In this document: in pieces, positions 23,949 to 24,000 of the stretch
Position numbering within the stretch: position 1 is the stretch's first letter
How the letters are laid out: every line of letters begins with the position of its first letter
Source of the DNA: Candidatus Margulisiibacteriota bacterium
GTDB lineage: Bacteria; Margulisbacteria; WOR-1; O2-12-FULL-45-9; XYB2-FULL-48-7
Reading direction: 5' to 3'
DNA length: 24,000 bases
Assembly: GCA_028702315.1 (NCBI GenBank)
Contig: JAQVPA010000002.1
Location: forward strand, 6,997 to 30,996
Notes under the pieces: model-generated
Database searches by the model: none
The model's input: only the letters and a program-made list of their open reading frames with translations
What the model was told of the DNA's origin: nothing
Translations under genes and position numbers: made by a program

Positions 23949-24000
23949 TATAATAGGGCAGGCGATTAACAAGATTAACCTCACAATTTAATTGGGAGGG
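23949..24000 (+). promoter_or_regulatory. Possible -10 (TATAAT, 23949-23954) and SD (GGGAGGG at the window end) for a + strand gene starting beyond the right edge
   Basis: Sequence motifs only. The gene itself is not visible. Confidence 0.3.

Overview
About 50% G+C bacterial chromosomal segment, standard code, densely coding, mostly on the minus strand. I found no rRNA, tRNA, CRISPR array, transposase or integrase.

Gene content, left to right:
- A glycan-utilisation block: an edge-truncated GH94 phosphorylase (absent from the ORF track), a GH42 beta-galactosidase and a 1040-aa GH94-like protein.
- A 2.1-kb plus-strand insert that splits this block. It carries an AT-rich ORF6N/KilA-N DNA-binding gene and a 334-aa orphan protein with near-identical internal 67-nt repeats.
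- One long minus-strand run: radical SAM (TIGR03960 type), short DUF2344, rplU, rpmA, proB, an orphan sugar-binding lipoprotein, glmS and the GH94-like gene.
- An orphan 239-aa ORF on the plus strand.
- A tightly coupled minus-strand envelope run: cca, AMIN-amidase, murI, queD, dapF, dapL.
- A plus-strand pair: a GT-C-like membrane protein and a DUF4015 glycoside-hydrolase-like protein.

Signals not explained by gene calls:
- Three families of heptanucleotide tandem repeats (GTAACGC, TTTTGAN, AACAACA) occur in intergenic DNA and in frame inside conserved genes. Some copies share flanks or are 29/30 identical, so they behave as dispersed elements. This resembles cyanobacterial STRR repeats.
- Three transcription units have a near-consensus -10 box 6-9 nt from the start codon and no Shine-Dalgarno, which suggests leaderless mRNAs.
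- A perfect 20-bp palindrome lies upstream of the orphan gene.

The best candidate for an undescribed system is the ORF6N + orphan cassette. Its function is inference only.
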